Positions 11,775 through 25,500 of a stretch of 64,000 nucleotides of DNA are shown here, in pieces. The notes under the pieces were generated by a model. It made no database searches and had not been told where the DNA came from. It worked only from the letters and a program-made list of their open reading frames with translations. The position numbers and the translations under genes are program-made. The DNA comes from Macrostomum lignano. Taxonomy: Eukaryota. Each line of letters starts with the position of its first letter. The first letter of the stretch is position 1. The stretch is from the NCBI GenBank assembly GCA_002269645.1, contig NIVC01001510.1, positions 124,001 to 188,000 of the forward strand. Reading direction: 5' to 3'.

Positions 11775-12013
11775 TAATATAAAAAGCCTAATGGCTCACG
11801 GTAAGAAGCAGCAGAGGTTTTTGAAGCAAATTTAAAAATCATAATAAATTCATGACCAAATTAAATTGCAGTCAGTTACATGAGTGTTTTAGCCACCTCC
11901 AAAATAGTTTTTTTTTAATTTAGAAGAGAGTAAAACTGTCCATGCACTGTTATTTTTTCTTATAAATGTACATGTACATTAACAAACTAACTTTAGCATG
12001 CTGTTAGGCGGTG

Positions 12014-12679
12014 TTAGACGGTGTTTGGACGTGGCTGGCGGCTCAGGACATCTGCCGGGTTGTCTGCGCCCGGCTGGTAGGTGACTTCGAAGTGGAGATC
12101 CTGCAGCCGAAGTGCCATGCGCTCGATCCGCGGCGGGGACCGCGAGCCGGGGCTGAGCAGGCTGACCAGCGGCTTGTGGTCGGTGATGACTTTGAACTTT
12201 GGGCAGCCGCTAAGGTAGTGGTGGAACTTGAAGCAACCAAATTTGACGGCCAGTGCCTCCCTCTCTGTCTGCGAGTAGCGCTGCTTGGTGTCACTGAGGC
12301 TGCGGCTGGCGTAGGCGATTGGCCTGGTGAGGCCGCCAGGTTGCACCTGGGCGAGGATCGCCATGAGGCCGGTCGGGCTGGCGCCGACGATCAACCTGGT
12401 CTCGCAGTTCTTGTTGAAGAAGGTCGTGCTGTGAGCGATCGACAGCTTGATTAACTGAAAGGCTGAGGCTTGCTGTGGGCCCCACGACCATTTCACGCTC
12501 TTCTTGGTCAGCTCTCGAAGTGGCCTCGCTTTGTCGGCGAGGTTTGGGATGACGCGGGCTACGAATGTGACGAGTCCGAGGAAGGACCGCACCTCCGTTG
12601 CATTTTCTGGTCGCTTGAAGTTGGCCACAGCCTCCAGCTTTTCCTCGGTCGTTTGGATTCCGCCCGCCGAGAAGCGCAT
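12014..12679 (-). pseudogene. Gypsy RT thumb/RNase H
   Basis: EVRSFLGLVTF, IVGASPTGL (DAS degenerate), IAYASRSL, YSQTEREALAV, TDHKPL, NPADVLSR. Confidence 0.88.
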
Positions 12680-12739
12680 GGCCAGGAAGTCGGCCTGCTG
12701 GGTTGCAATGCGGCATTTGGGGGGGGGGGGGGTTCAGAG

Positions 12740-13540
12740 TCACGTCGTGTTGGCGCAGCCTGTCAAGGCAGGCAGCCTCTCGTTGTGCTCCTTTATGGTG
12801 CTTGCGAAGATAATGATGTCGTCGTGGACCGACCGCACGCCTCTCAAACCGCTCAGGATAGATGTCATGACGCGCTGTAGGATTTCGGATGCTGAGGTAA
12901 ATCCCATGCAAAGGCGCTTGAGGCGGAGCAGGCCCAGAGGCGTTGAGAAAGTAAGCAGCTGCCGGGACTCCTCGCTGACCTCGATCTGGTGAAAGGCCTT
13001 GGCAACGTCTAGTTCGGAGAAATAGGTGGAGCCGGCCATCTCGTCGGTGACTTCTTCGAATGTCGGTATTGGCTGTTTTTCTGGGATGACGTACTTATTG
13101 ACGTCCCTCGGATCCTGCGTGATGCGGATCTCGCCTGGCGAGGCCTTTGGAACGACCACCATGCGTGAACTCCAAGCGCTGGGCCCCGTCACTCGCTCCA
13201 GGATGCCGGCTGCTAGCTGGTCCTTCAGCTCCTTTTCCACGGCGGTTCGAAGATGCACCGGAACTCGAGACGGAGGGTGGCAGACTGGCACCGCTTCTTC
13301 CTTCAGCTGGATGCTGACTGAGACGCCCTTAATGCAGCCGATTTCTTGAAACCTGTCGCTGAACTCCTTCATGATCGATGACAGTCGCAGGTCTTGCGGA
13401 AGGTGCTGGTCGTTGACTGTTGGTGTCAGCCCGGGGGTGAGAGCTGTCTCGGCCGGCGGTCCGACCTCAGCATCCCCATCTGCGTGCTTGTTTCGCGACC
13501 TAGAATTGTGATGCAGTCTTCTCTGATGACGATGAAGCAC
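12740..13540 (-). pseudogene. Gypsy reverse transcriptase
   Basis: PVCHPPSRVP, WSSRMVVVPK, IRITQDPRDVNK, FSELDVAKAFHQI, RLCMG, VHDDIIIF; frameshifted near 12770 and at the poly-G run near 12720-12732. Confidence 0.88.
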
Positions 13541-14613
13541 ACTCCCCGAGTTGCCGTTGATCTTCGTGTGCAGAGTGATCTGGCCAGCGGTGTCAAGGGC
13601 CTCGCTGCTCCGAGAGTATAGATCCTTGTGTGTTTGAGCTGAAACGCCCGCTCGGGTGCTCCAGTTAGATGAAGGGTCCGCTGGCTAAGCACATTGCAGC
13701 TCGCACCGCTGTCGATCAGAATGGGTACGTTTGAGCCGTTGATGACCGCTTTGAAGGTGGCGCTTTTGCGGCTGGGGTCGAGGCTGGAGAATGCCGCCTC
13801 CTCCAGGTGCGCCACTGCTGGTTCCTCTGGCTCAGGCTCTGCCATGTTGATGCGTGCGCGGCCGCTTAGGTAGGCCTTCGCCAGGTAGTGCAGCTTGCCG
13901 CAGTTGCTGCAGCGCTTGCCTTGGGCCCGGTTGCAAGTGCGGTGGCCGGGCTCTCCGCACCGCAGGCATTTGTCGGCCGGGCTGGCTGGCGGGCGCCTGG
14001 TGGAGCGCTTGCCGCGAGCCGCATGCACTTCTTCAGCTGGTCCGGCTGCCGAGCGCTCCATGATGGCCGCTTGTTGGCTGGCTGCTTCGTTTGTTCTCGC
14101 CAGCTGGAGGGCCTCGGGGAGGCTGATGTTGGGCACGTTGAGCAGCCGCTTTCGGAGGGATTCGCTGCGGCAGCAGGCGACGATCTGGTCGCGGATGAGG
14201 GACTGACGCAGCTCGCCGAACTGGTAGGCCTCAGCCGCGTTGCACAGTTGGTTGTACCAGCTGTCGATGGCTTCCCCGTCCAGCTGCGCGCACTGGCGGA
14301 ATCGGTACCGGGTGAACACCACATTGTCGCGTCCTTGAAAGTGCTGAGTTAGCGCCGCTATGAGTGAATCGAGCGTTTGCTGCTCCGGCTGGTCAGTGGC
14401 GGGACGCGACTCTGAGATCTCTTTAAAGATGTCTGCAACCTCTTTTCCCGCGGTGTACAGGAGGATTTCCTGCTTCTGGGCGTCGTCCGAGATTCCTGAT
14501 GCTGCCAGGAATCGCTTTAGTGTGGTGGCCCACTCTGTCCAGCGCTTGCTGACGGTGTGGGGGTCCGCACTGATGCTGAATGCGGATGGCGGCTGTAGCT
14601 GTAGTAGCCCCAT
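13426..14613 (-). pseudogene. Gypsy gag (degenerate zinc knuckles) plus aspartic protease
   Basis: PPSAF...WTEW...LKRFL gag start; RYRFRQCAQ..GEAIDSWY..L; CLRCGEPGH..C and CSNCGK; protease ILIDSGASCNVL; frameshift afterwards. Confidence 0.85.
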
Positions 14614-16518
14614 TGGATCCTGCTTGCAACTCCTGCGAGCAACTCTGGCTGGTTATTGCGAGTGTTAGTTAGCCACTCAAAAAGGTGGAGAAATAGAATG
14701 TGGCTGTGCCTGTATATTTATTGTCTGGTCACAGATTTCCGGTTCATTGAGTGCGCGTTGGGATGTGCTCGAGCAGAGGGAAGTGGATAGGCTGGGTGGG
14801 GGGGGTCACGGAGTGCAAACTAGGTGCCCGAACTGCCTGCCTGCGCATGCTAAAATGAGAATTTGACTCATGTGACTAGATTCGAAATAACTAGATCGTC
14901 CTCGCCCTTGAACGTCCTTATATCGATCGATATATACTCATTACGCGTATGGGTAAAATTGCTTGTAATCGTAAGTTAGATGTAGTATAGTCTATAGTCA
15001 GACATTATAGTATATTGTCGATAGTTTATAGCGTCTATAGCGACGTCGGATTGCTGACGTCGAACGTCGGGGAACGTCGGGTCGGATTGACGTCGGGGTA
15101 GTTAACTACTCTCAACTCACGTTTAAGTAGTCTGCATTGTACCATGTATTTGGCGTGGCAATACCATTTGTAAAAAAACATTGTTTACATTTATCTTACA
15201 TAAATACAGCATATACCATATTTATGCAGCTGAGCTGTAACAATCGCCTGCCCGCAATGCTGATTCCACGAACTGCAGCTGGCTGCAGGGGCTGCCCCAA
15301 CGAAGCCTTCCTTCCCCTGGCTCAGCATATGAAAGAGTTGCCCGCATAGTTATAAAAAGCAGCATAAAAAGAAGAATGATGGGCACTGCAGACAGGCACA
15401 CAGCAGTAGGAATATTAATAGAAACTCAAATGCCCACGCCTACATACACCCTACATGCAGCCATTGTCGTTGAAACCAAGCTAGACTCTGGAGGAGAAGT
15501 AAGAAAAAATGAGGGGAAAGGACTCAGGAAGAGAGCTCGTGTTGCAGGCGGGAAATTGCCTTGTACGATTAGAAAATGGACGACAATGAGTCCAATATAT
15601 AATGTGAGGAAGCATAGAAAGTGGAAAGATTGTCTCAGGGGCGAGATGGATGACGGATCATCGGGTCCAAGAGAAAGAAAGATTGATGGAATGGGAAATA
15701 GATAAGATGGCTCTGCGCAGATCGGACTTCTCCTTCATCATCTCCCGCTTTGCTGGCCCGCCTGGGGAATAGGCGGGGGGGCGGGTATAGAACAAACTGC
15801 CCATTCAGCACGTCTCCTCCATGGGAAATGGGATGTTGGCATTGGGGTGGCTGCCTGCCAATAAATCCTGCCGCCATGTGCAGCCTCTTCCAACTTCAGC
15901 AGAAGCTCCATGCAGACTGTCACCTGTACGCTTTATTCTTCCCCTTCTTCCTCTTCCTGTCTCTGCCTCAGCCTCTCTGCTGCATCACTGCCCAATCTCT
16001 CTGTTGTCTACCGTGTGAGCAGCGAGCGAGACTAAAGGATGTGCAGGCAGCCCTCCACGCGCTCATCTCCCAGCAACGATTCTCTCTCTCTCTCCAAAAG
16101 CAGAAAAAAGTTTCTCGCCGTGAGAACAAATTCTGAAAATTGCAGAACCAGTCCACCGCCTGTATTTTCAAGCTGGCAGCCGCAACCCCAGCCTCCGGTT
16201 CCTTCTCCATCAACCCGATTGGCTAGTCAAGACCCGGCCTTCCCACCCCAGAAAATATCAGTCCTCATACAGATGCCAGCTCACTCTAAACGCTACAGAG
16301 TTCCACTATACCATGTGACGTCGTAAATCAGCAGGCAGGTTATGCTTGTCCCAGAGAACTGTACACTGTCGCCAAAGCTTTTTTATTAGTTGCAGCTGCC
16401 GCTATATAATTAATTTAATTGCTTTACTGGCCTTCCTAATTAACACAGTAGCAGTCAACAGTAAGTAGAAACTCTGAAGGGAAGTTGAACGCTGAGAAGC
16501 GAGGATCAGCAACAGGTC

Positions 16519-19500
16519 ATGGACGAGACACTTCTACTGAGGATCCTTCGGTTGAGCTTCCTGCTCTGCTGTGCAAGTGAGTGCGTTTCCGGTAACTATT
16601 CCATACTGGCGCTACCGTGATTCACGTGCTGCATAGTGGCGTTAAAAGTGACTCTATTCCATCTGATAGTAGCGCTATTCTTTCATAGGGTTATATATAT
16701 ATTAGCGCGCTTTCCCATTAGATATTGGCGCTGTTTTATTTGATATTGGCGCTGTTCTATTAGATATTGGCGTTGTTCAATTTGATATTGGCGCTGTTCT
16801 ATTAGATATTGGCGCTGTTCTATTTGATATTGGCGATGCTCTATTAGATATTGGCGATGTTCTATTAGATGGCGATGTTCTATTAGATATTGGCGATGTT
16901 CTATTAGATATTGGCGCTGTTCTATTAGATATAGGCGATGTTCTATTAGATATTGGCGATGTTCTATTAGACATTGGCGATGTTCTATTAGATATAGGCG
17001 ATGTTCTATCAGATATTGACGATGTTCTATTAAATATTGACGATGTTCTATTAGATATTGGCGATGTTCTATTAGATATTGGCGATGTTCTATTAGATAT
17101 TGGCGATGTTCTGTTAGATATAGGCGATGTTCTATTAGATATTGGCGCTGTTCTATTAGAGAATTGCGATGTTCTGTTAGATATTAGTGCTGTTCTATTA
17201 GATACTGGCGCTGTTCTATTAGATATTAATGCTGTTCTATTAGTTTCTGGCGCTGTTCTATTAGATATTAGCCCTGTTCTGTTAGATACTGGCGCTGTTC
17301 TATTAGATATTGACGCTTCTCATTCACAATCTGGCACTATTCTGCTAGATCGCAGTATTTCCCCAAATTTTATCCTACAGTTCTTATCAACCAGCGCGGA
17401 TAAGGGAAAACTTTCTATAAATTTATAAAATATTTAGCTGGGGGAAACCTGCTGGTAGCTGCTGGATATTGGGTTGGCTCTTCCGCCTCGGATCTCAACT
17501 TTCAATCAATATTTTCACTGCAACCATGGTGCGGAGTGAAATATTTGAAAGCGAACCTGACACGCCTCGCTCCGCTGCCATGGAAACCGAAGAAAGCTCT
17601 GAGCAGATCTGTTAGAATCAGCATTAATAAACATATATAAAAAGAATATATTCTCATTTATTGAAAACCTGTGTTCTCAGATTTCATTTTTATTAAGGGG
17701 TATCAGTGACTCTCCATGGTCTGTAGTCCTGCATTCGAGGAAACCCCGCAGTCATTCAAGTGCCACCTCCCACTCCGACTGCGTGTGCTTTGCTTTGCAC
17801 TTACTTGGTCAGGGCGAGGCGAAGAGAAACACATGGGGGGGGTTGACACTCGAAAAATTAATAAGAACAAGAAATGTTATGCGTTGCTTGGCTTCTGCCA
17901 GGACTTTCTAGTAGCTAGTAGTAAAAGATTCTGTGAGTCAAGTTCTGACTCGAATCGTCCATTGCTAGACAAGAGTTAAGGCTTAAGACAAGAGTCAAGA
18001 GTTACGTTCTATTGAAAATTGGGATTCTATGTTAATTTTACATCCGAAACATATAATGTGCCAAACAACCATAAAAATTGCACAAAACGACTCATTAGTT
18101 TTATGAATCTAATGTTAGCTGACTGTGTTTGTAATGCAAACAGAATTTGTAATACGCGTCATGTGCAGAAGAGAATCCCGTTTTCATTTTCGAAATAAAT
18201 TGACCTTTTTTGCCTTGCGGCACTTCGAAAAATCATAGTAAGCCGCTGTTTTGGATGGGTAAAAACAGGTCAAAAAGGGGATGTGAACTTCAGAGTCGGA
18301 ATGGAGCCTGAAGCATTGGGTCCCGATTTCTCTAGGCCAATCCCTTCATTTGAAGCCAAATAGCTCCCGTAGCTGACACTTTAATTCAGAGGATCTCTGT
18401 GGAGAGAAATGGGATAAATGGAGATTTCATGTGAACATGATTTCATGTGAATGTGATCATGGGACCCAATGCTTCAGGCTTCATTTTGAATCTTAAGTTC
18501 ACATCCTCTTTAAAATAATTCGCGGCACGCAAAAACAGTTCATAATCCTAATTAATGGAGAAAGCAACTTGAAACTTTGCTATTGCCAAGTTCATTAACG
18601 GTATGCGTTTCAACTAAATTTACTACAGACAAAGCTACTGGAATGTTCTTTCTATGAGGTATCCCTTTAAGAACTTCAAGATGCTGGATCAAAGGCCGAT
18701 CGTCTTGCAACCATTCTGCAACCTTTTCAGCGCCTCGCAGTCTGGCGCAGAACACGCCGCCGACATTCCGACAGTGCAGCGGTTTAAACGTCAACTATGT
18801 GTCTGGAGAATGCGGCAGTTTGCTCCAGATTAAGGAGGAGATTCCCATCGGTATGTGCGGGATCGCCAGTGCAGAAATCTGATAGCCAATAAGGCGGTAG
18901 ATGCCTAAAATCAATCTATAGCTGTTTTGTTATTAGAAGTTTACATGTAGCTATGCTATTATCAGGTGCTTGTCGGAAACAGAGAGCTCTAGTATTATAA
19001 TTTTTCGCAATTCATTCTATATTTACTTAATTATAAGTTTATGCAATAGAAATACAAGAATCACCGCAACCAAGAACAAAAACGGAATTCGGATCCCAGT
19101 TCTCTTTTGCATCACTGCAGACACGTCTCTGTTCACCGTTGAGGCCACTGACGCTGAAGGTGACGACGTCGAATTCACACTGGTTGGCGACGCGACGCTG
19201 CTGTACTTTTTCAAGCTGCGTACCAACAAGGTGGCTCGAAGCGCCCTGGTCATGGTCAACAGTCGCATTGACAGCGAGGTCGGTTTTGTAATATCCTTCC
19301 ACTTTTAAGTATATTGGAGCACAAAAAACGAAGTATACTCGTAGACTCCCTACTGCTGTTGCTTCAATTTCAGAGCCTGAGCAGTCCTGTGGGAAATCTG
19401 ATCCTACGAATGAACGATTTCAAAGGGAATGTAAGGCATTATTTATTCTTACACTTTAGAATAGAATAGTTATTTTTAACTTCAAGCACAGCCGCAGTGA

Positions 19501-22500
19501 CCGTTCCGATCGCAACCATGCAAATCCCACAGGTGATTGACAAGTCAATTATGATATACATCGTCGACCAGAACGACAATTTGCCGGAATTTCAAAATCT
19601 GCCGTACCGCTGGGAGGTGCCGGAGGTAATTATATGCATTTTACTGTAATGCAATGATAGCTCGCAGTCACATCTTGTTGGTACGTCACGAACACAATGA
19701 CAGCCGGTAGTAATAGGAAGTAACACTCCTTTTCAACGAATTTCAAATGCAAGAATTCAGCAACCGTCCATGGATCAAACTGAAAACTTTAATTCTCACT
19801 TTTATCGTCGCAGAACACTCTGTGGACAGCAGAAACGAGTTTCAATGTGACGGTGCTGGACCGGGACAAGACTTCGAGCAGCTACCGGTTTACCTATGTG
19901 GTACGATCAGGCAATGCCAATGCTTGTAGTTGCTGCTCTCTCGAATTTCAAAAATAATTACCACTCTCTTTAAAACCCATTGCAGGTGAACTCGGCGGTG
20001 AGTACAAAAAAACTACCTACGATTCGTCATTTAAATAAGGACAAGAAGTACTTTTTGTATTTTAAATATTTAGGAAATGTCAATAAGAAGGTTTAGACGG
20101 CAGTGTTCCGTAGACAGACGAAGAAATTCTTGAGAACTTTCCCCACTTGATCCATCTGTTTAACTGCACCGCACACAGCTCACGTCCACAACAGCAAATT
20201 TGTTCAACGAGTCCTACCGAACAAGCAGACTGCTCTCGGCGCCGCAGACCGGCTCCATTTACCTGAGCACAGTGTCACTAATGCAGCCTTTGGACTATGA
20301 AGCCAACCGCTTCTATCAGGTCTCGGTCTACGTCACAGAGCGCGTCACGGGTGGCAGGAATACCTCTACCGATATTGTGGTCAGCGTGCTTGACAGACAG
20401 GACACACCACCAGTGTTCGAGGGCACGCCATACCTGGTCTCAGTGACTGAGAACTCGCCAATTGGTTCCCTGCTGATGACTGTGCTCGCGCGCGATGGAG
20501 ATCGCGGTGTGCCCAACCCGGTGCAGTACCTGCTGGACAACAGCTCGGCTCTAGCCAGCTTATTCTCGCTGAACAGAACCACAGGCAGGCTGGAGGTTGC
20601 CAGCAGCATCGATCGCGAGAGTGCTCAGATAGCCGCAGTGTACGCCAGTTTCAGCTTGAACGTCATCGCCGAAGAGGTATCAACAGGTAGTCCGCAGCCG
20701 GCTAACCTGTCGCGTACGACGACTTCAGTGCGAATCACCGTTCAAGACGTTAATGACGTGACGCCGACGTTCAGTCGATCGGCCTACAATGCCACAGTGT
20801 TGGAGAATACGGTGGCGGGAACTCCGGTCAGTCTGCTAGCCGCGTGCACTGTCAGTGACCATGACGACGGCGACAATAGCGCCTTTGATTTGACCATCGT
20901 CCTCAGTAACGGAAGCGCGTTTGACGTCTTTGATGTGCTTCCATCTAGTGCTGTCGGCACCGCAGCTTTGACAGTGCGCGTCAAAGACAGTACGGTTCTT
21001 GACTACGAAGCTACGAAGAGCATAGAGTTCCAGGTAGGAATTTTGGCTGCAAAAAAGTGCAAATCCATTTGGTTCTGGATGAATTTTTCTACAGTTCAAG
21101 CTTCTTAAGAGCTCATGAAGCCAAGGCGCAGCATCAGAATACAGGTTTAATCTATTCAACTCTTTCTACTTTAGATAGTGGCAAGAGAGTCCAAAACTAC
21201 AGCACGGCTGTCTTCAACCGCTACCTTCACTGTATTCTTGCTCGACGCAAATGACAACGCTCCCAGATTCAACCAGTCTAAGTACGAGTTCAGCGTACCC
21301 GAGAACTCTCCGAATGGCACCATTGTCGGTAAAGTCGATGTAAGAAATCTTGAAATCTATCGAGGTTATTAGGATTATCAATTTATCTTAGATCTGATGA
21401 GCTGAAAGCTCTTGAGAATTTTTTCATTCATTAATCTCATTGTCAGGCATTCGACATTGACAGCGGAGATTTCGCTAAGATTTCATACAGCTTGGGTGGC
21501 ACCGATGCGAATAAGTAAGCCATGGTTTTGAGCCACCCTGTATACTGAAATAAAAGCTCATCATGCTCAATAGACGGAAACACTGTATACAAATATTCTA
21601 TCATCTGCCATCAGGTTTATCGTCAACGGCACCACAGGTCAAATTCAAGTCGGCGTCCGAGCCGACGAAGACCTCAGCCTGCTGGACAGGGAGAAATTTC
21701 CCATCCTGTACCTGACCCTGCAGGCGACGGACGGCGGCGGTTTGACTGGCAGCTCGCAGCTGGAGATTCACCTGCTGGATAAAAACGATCAGCGCCCGGC
21801 ATTTCAGAGAACATTCTACGAAGGGGCCGTGAAAGAGAACAGCCTCAGCATGGAGAGTGTGGTGCAGCTTGTGGTAGGTAGCTAGTTGCGCAACTACGGC
21901 CACGCACTCCAAGTATCTACTGCTAGATAAAAAGCAGAGCTAGCCAGATGTGTAGCTAAAAGCTATTTACAGCTTGTACAGTGCTAAGACTGTAAGTCAC
22001 AACTCCCACCCTGTGTTTAAATAGCAGCTCAGAGCTGCCAACCTATTGAAATGGAGCTCATCGAAGCTCCTTGCTGTGCTCTCTTGCCGTGGTAAACCTG
22101 AACCTGCGTACTAACCCGGACTAACTCTGCTTAACTTTACATATAGCCCTCTCATAGCCCCATAATTGGTACTTACAAAGATGAAAAAGCTCTGGGATAT
22201 TACCATAAATTAAACTCACGATTGCAGGCCGTGGACTCGGATCTCTTTCCAAACAACGTCATTACCTACTCCCTGTTGCCTAGCAACTCTAGCGCCAGTT
22301 TTGCTATAGATAATGCCACTGGTCTGCTGTCTGTACAGCGGCCGCTGGACTACGAGGCACTGGCCAACAAGACGCTGGTGCTGAAGGCCGAGGCCGCTGA
22401 CGGAGGGTCGCCTTCGCTAAGCAGCACCGTAGAGATTCGCATCGCAGTGGTGGATCAAAACGACCTGGCACCGGAGTGCAGCCAACGGGTGTACAGCGGC

Positions 22501-25500
22501 TCGGTGCCGGAGACCGCCGGCTATGGCACCCGAGTGGCTGAACTTGCAGGCAGCGACGGCGACAGTCCGGGCAGTCCGAACTCGCAGGTATGAGTCTGGC
22601 TGATTGGTACGTACGCTCTTACCTTATTGAGAGCAGTCTCGGAAGGCTGTGACAGAGTATTGATTTTACGTTCGAGCTACACGAGTTTTTAGAACGCATT
22701 CTAGTTTTTCTGGACATTTTTAGGCACAACAGTGGTGAGACAAGGATGCAATGGTTGAAAAGATTACTCAGCACTGTGCTACTCTGGGCTAAAAACATTC
22801 ACGGGAAAATTTGTCCTCCTGAATGGAACCTAAAGTTTTTAAAAACTCAATCGAAGGAAAAGTTTTAAACCTGCATGTTTTTGTCTTGTTTTGTACAATA
22901 TAAATGTATGGAGATATAAGAAACATGGCATTATTATTAGTGGGATTACGCAGTATAGACGACAACCAGCAAATGCAAAATTTTACACTTGATTGATGCA
23001 AAGGGCCGCGAAAATTTGCGAGTGTATGCACAAATTAGTGATCGTCATGCTAAGCTAATGTGGCGTGGTTATGTGCTTGCTACAATGCCCTGTATCCGTC
23101 TTCAAACCCAAGCCAATTTACCAAGTGAACTTTTTATTGAACTAAACTTCAGGTCTTCTTCCGCATCCTGGCCGGCGCCGGTGACCGGTTCACGCTGGAC
23201 GCCGGTGGCAGCGGTGTCATCGTTGAGCGGGGCGCCGACCTGGACGTGAATAAGCTAGGCGTCTTTCACAACCTGACCATCGGCATCTTCGATCGAGGAA
23301 CTCCCCAGCTAACTGGCGCTCCCTGTTTCGTGCACATCAACGTGTCAGACGTCAATAATAAGGCGCCTTACTTCGAACCCGTGACCACACGGGTCACCGT
23401 ATCAGAAGGTTCAGCAACTTTCGCACCGCTCTTTCAGCCGTCAAAGACGGCCATCGACCCGGACTCCAGCGCCAACCTCACTTACAGCCTGCTGACCAAC
23501 ATCACAACCGGTCGATCTGCCGGGGGCGGCGCCGTCGCATCGACACCCGCGTATAACTTCTCCACTTTGTTCAGCATCGACCCGTTGAATGCGACGCTTT
23601 ATGCAATGACCGCCTTGGACCGGGAGACTGCACAGGAGCTCACCGTCCAGGTGCTAGCGCGCGACCTCAATGCTGCGACTCCGACACCAGTTCAGACGGC
23701 AACTGGCACCATTGTGTTGACTCTAACTGACATTAACAACAAGCCGCCGCGGTTTCTATCAACTGGTAGCGCCAACAACTACACTGTACAGGTGAGCAAC
23801 TTCAGCTTTGATCAGAAGCCTCAATCCGATGCACTTTGGTAGGAAAAAATTGTCAAACACGTAAAAAATTTTGTAACACTCGCAGGTGTCCGAGTCGCTG
23901 GCTCCGCCGATTCCCATCAATCTGAAGCTGCAGGCCGACGATCCGGACGTGTCCACCGTGAGCCTCGCGTACGCCATCGCGCCGCCCGGGATCAGCCAGT
24001 TCGCTGTTGACTCCGCCAGCGGCCAGGTTTCTCTGGTGCAGAGACTCGATTACGAGAAGATCAGCAGACACGAGTTCATCGTCACAGTTAGCGACGGTCT
24101 GCACGTGACCAGCGCAAGCGTCACCATCGAGGTTATCAACGCCAACACATACGATCCGGTGTTCGACCAGTTCCCGACGCCGCTCAGCTACCCCGAGAGC
24201 ACCCCGGTGGGCACCGTGGTTGCCACCGTTCACGCCTACGATAACGACTCGGGCGTCTTCGGCCAGGTGGTCTACAGCTTGCTGGCAGGAGATGCATTTT
24301 TTAACGTGGCTTCCGATTCCGGGCGAGTGACCCTCGTGAGGCAGCTGGATCGCGACGTCTCTGGCGGCGACCAGCAGCTGCTGGTAATCGAGGGGGTTGA
24401 CAATCCCAGCGGCATCGACCGTCGCCGCGTCAGTCGCCAGATGGTTATCAACGTGAAAGATGTAAACGACTGCTCGCCGACCTTTCCTAGCGGCCTGTTT
24501 ACTTTCCGCAATCTCAAGGAGAACTACCAAGCCGGCTTCGAAATTGACTCGGTGCGTGCCACCGACAAGGACGTCGGTCGCAATAGCGAGCTCAGGTACG
24601 AACTGATAGCGGCACCTGGCCAGTCTGCTGACGCCCTGCAGCTGTTCCGCGTGTCAACCACTAACGCCACAGATGGCTACTATGCCCAATTGAGGGTCAA
24701 CCAGAGCCTGACTGGTCGGCGAGGCTGGTACAACCTCACCCTGGTTGCTAAGGACTCCGGATCGCCCCAGCTAACCGGTTCAACCGTGCTCAGCTTCTTC
24801 GTTGCCAAAGCGGACGACTTTACATTAGTCGACGACGAAGCGCTGGCCCGGTTTCGCAGCGCTCTGATCGGCACCAACGTCATCCTGATTGCTGGCTGCG
24901 GCATCGCTCTGACCTGCCTTATTCTCATGTACTGCAAGTACCGCCGGCTGAGCCGCCAGGCCGAGATCACCATTGCTGCCGGAGAGTCCGGGGTGCAACA
25001 GCTGCACCTGATGAAGCGCCTTGAGCAACAGAAACAGGCGGGGGAGGCCGAGACGGCGGATTCAGCGGCCGACAACGGAAAGCCGTCAAAGCATAATGGT
25101 AAACCTCGAGAATTGTCCTCACTAACAGTTGGCCAGTTCTCCTCTTCCCTTGCGCACCCAGTTTGGCATGGCAACGCCGGGTACAAACCAGATGAGTGAG
25201 GGGAAGAGAAGCAGGACTGAGTCTGTGAGCTGAGGTGGCAACTATTCCCAGTCAAGAGGGAGTTGGCAGCAGGCGGGGCAGAGAAGTCAATGCAGCGGGA
25301 GAGGCATTGTTTTTCAAGCGTTCAGGCTGCCAGGCTACAAAAAAGCGTTCAGCGGCTCCACGCTGAAGAGTCATAGCGCCAATTACCTATCAATATTTCC
25401 TGCGGGCACATTACTTCAGCTCCGGCTCTGGCTGCACTTCTTAGAAAACTCTGCAGGCTTTCTGGAATTTTGTTAGAATTTACGCTCGTAAACCCCAAAG

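Larger units (their letters stand above)
12014..14700 (-). mobile_element. Ty3/gypsy LTR retrotransposon fragment (Mag/K02A2.6-like), frameshifted and lacking integrase
   Basis: Order gag-protease-RT-RNase H on the minus strand. Sequence stops just after the RNase H motif NPADVLSR; no second LTR in the window. Confidence 0.92.

Noticed and set aside
11992-14854. 10-bp inverted repeat (tttagcatgc / gcatgctaaa) bracketing the gypsy fragment
   Set aside because: Too short to exclude chance; no TSD.
14640-15000. 5' LTR and primer-binding site of the gypsy element
   Set aside because: An AATAAA is present on the minus strand, but there is no second LTR for comparison and no convincing TGG-starting PBS.
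23853-25255. Antisense and alternative-frame ORFs over GC-rich exons (also over 1059-4937, 12011-14668, 29803-31178, 63243-63964)
   Set aside because: Shadows of real coding sequence with biased codon usage.
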